DNA of 64,000 nucleotides from an uncultured Rhizobium sp. (GTDB lineage Bacteria; Pseudomonadota; Alphaproteobacteria; Rickettsiales; UBA1997): NCBI GenBank assembly GCA_964444545.1, contig CAYUHG010000004.1, positions 4,021 to 68,020 of the forward strand, read 5' to 3'. Shown piece by piece: positions 63,884 to 64,000 of this stretch (position 1 is its first letter; each line of letters starts with the position of its first letter). The notes under the pieces were generated by a model. It saw only the letters and a program-made list of their open reading frames with translations, ran no database searches and was not told where the DNA came from. The position numbers and the translations under genes were made by a program.

Positions 63884-63906
63884 AACTAATCAAAAAAAGC
63901 AAAAAT

Positions 63907-64000
63907 ATGGTAATGGAAAAAGCGGCATCGTTCTCACTTATTAACTTGGTCAGCCAAGCAGATGTAGTAGTTCAATCTGTGATGGGACTTTTGGTATTGG
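63907..64000 (+). CDS. N-terminal fragment of a MotA/TolQ/ExbB-type protein (possibly TolQ); the 3' end is outside the window
   Basis: ATG at 63907. MVMEKAASFSLINLVSQADVVVQSVMGLLVL resembles the TolQ N-terminus and first TM helix. Only 31 codons are visible. Confidence 0.35.
   Translation, partial: MVMEKAASFSLINLVSQADVVVQSVMGLLVL

Overview
This is an AT-rich bacterial chromosome segment. It fits best with an intracellular alphaproteobacterium of the Rickettsiales/Holosporales type. The clues, judged by eye only, are a rickettsial/archaeal-type ValRS, RPE-like palindromic elements that also sit inside coding sequence, ankyrin-repeat proteins and ffs-dnaX synteny.

About 55 protein genes are supported. 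Most are housekeeping: valS, dnaX, trmFO, uvrD, dxs, rarA, aroC, folB, cysS, pdxJ, pdxH, leuB, hisB, ftsK, pal and cyaY. There are also envelope/LPS genes (two glycosyltransferases, an AsmA-like protein, an LptC-like protein, nagZ and OMPs).

A low-oxygen module stands out. It has two cytochrome bd oxidases (CIO-type cydAB and canonical cydABX), hemN, ompW, a divergent FNR-type regulator with a candidate FNR box, and an alpha-carbonic anhydrase. One ncRNA (4.5S/SRP RNA) lies upstream of dnaX. I saw no rRNA, tRNA, CRISPR or transposase.

Three families of palindromic repeats are scattered through the window:
- Family A: ~100-bp GC-rich nested palindromes.
- Family B: the 'tgtcatcctgagcg...gctcaggatgaca' element.
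- Family C: the 'ggacggggtttgtaacc...' element.

Two of these repeats (one B, one C) are inserted in frame inside valS.

The most unusual content is a set of likely host-directed proteins carrying eukaryotic short linear motifs:
1. An ~8-kb gene encodes a 2670-aa protein with a ~580-aa Pro/Thr/Ser/Gln stalk, one TM helix and six divergent ~170-215-aa modules. Its probable true N-terminus is now a separate 102-aa ORF split off by a homopolymer frameshift. That ORF carries a near-canonical FFAT motif (EFFDAVD) plus a second FFAT-like motif.
2. A 1250-aa ankyrin-repeat protein ends in a CaaX box (CIIA).
3. A truncated ankyrin ORF begins with an N-myristoylation consensus (MGTAAS).

All family assignments come from motif recognition by eye. 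No database search was possible.
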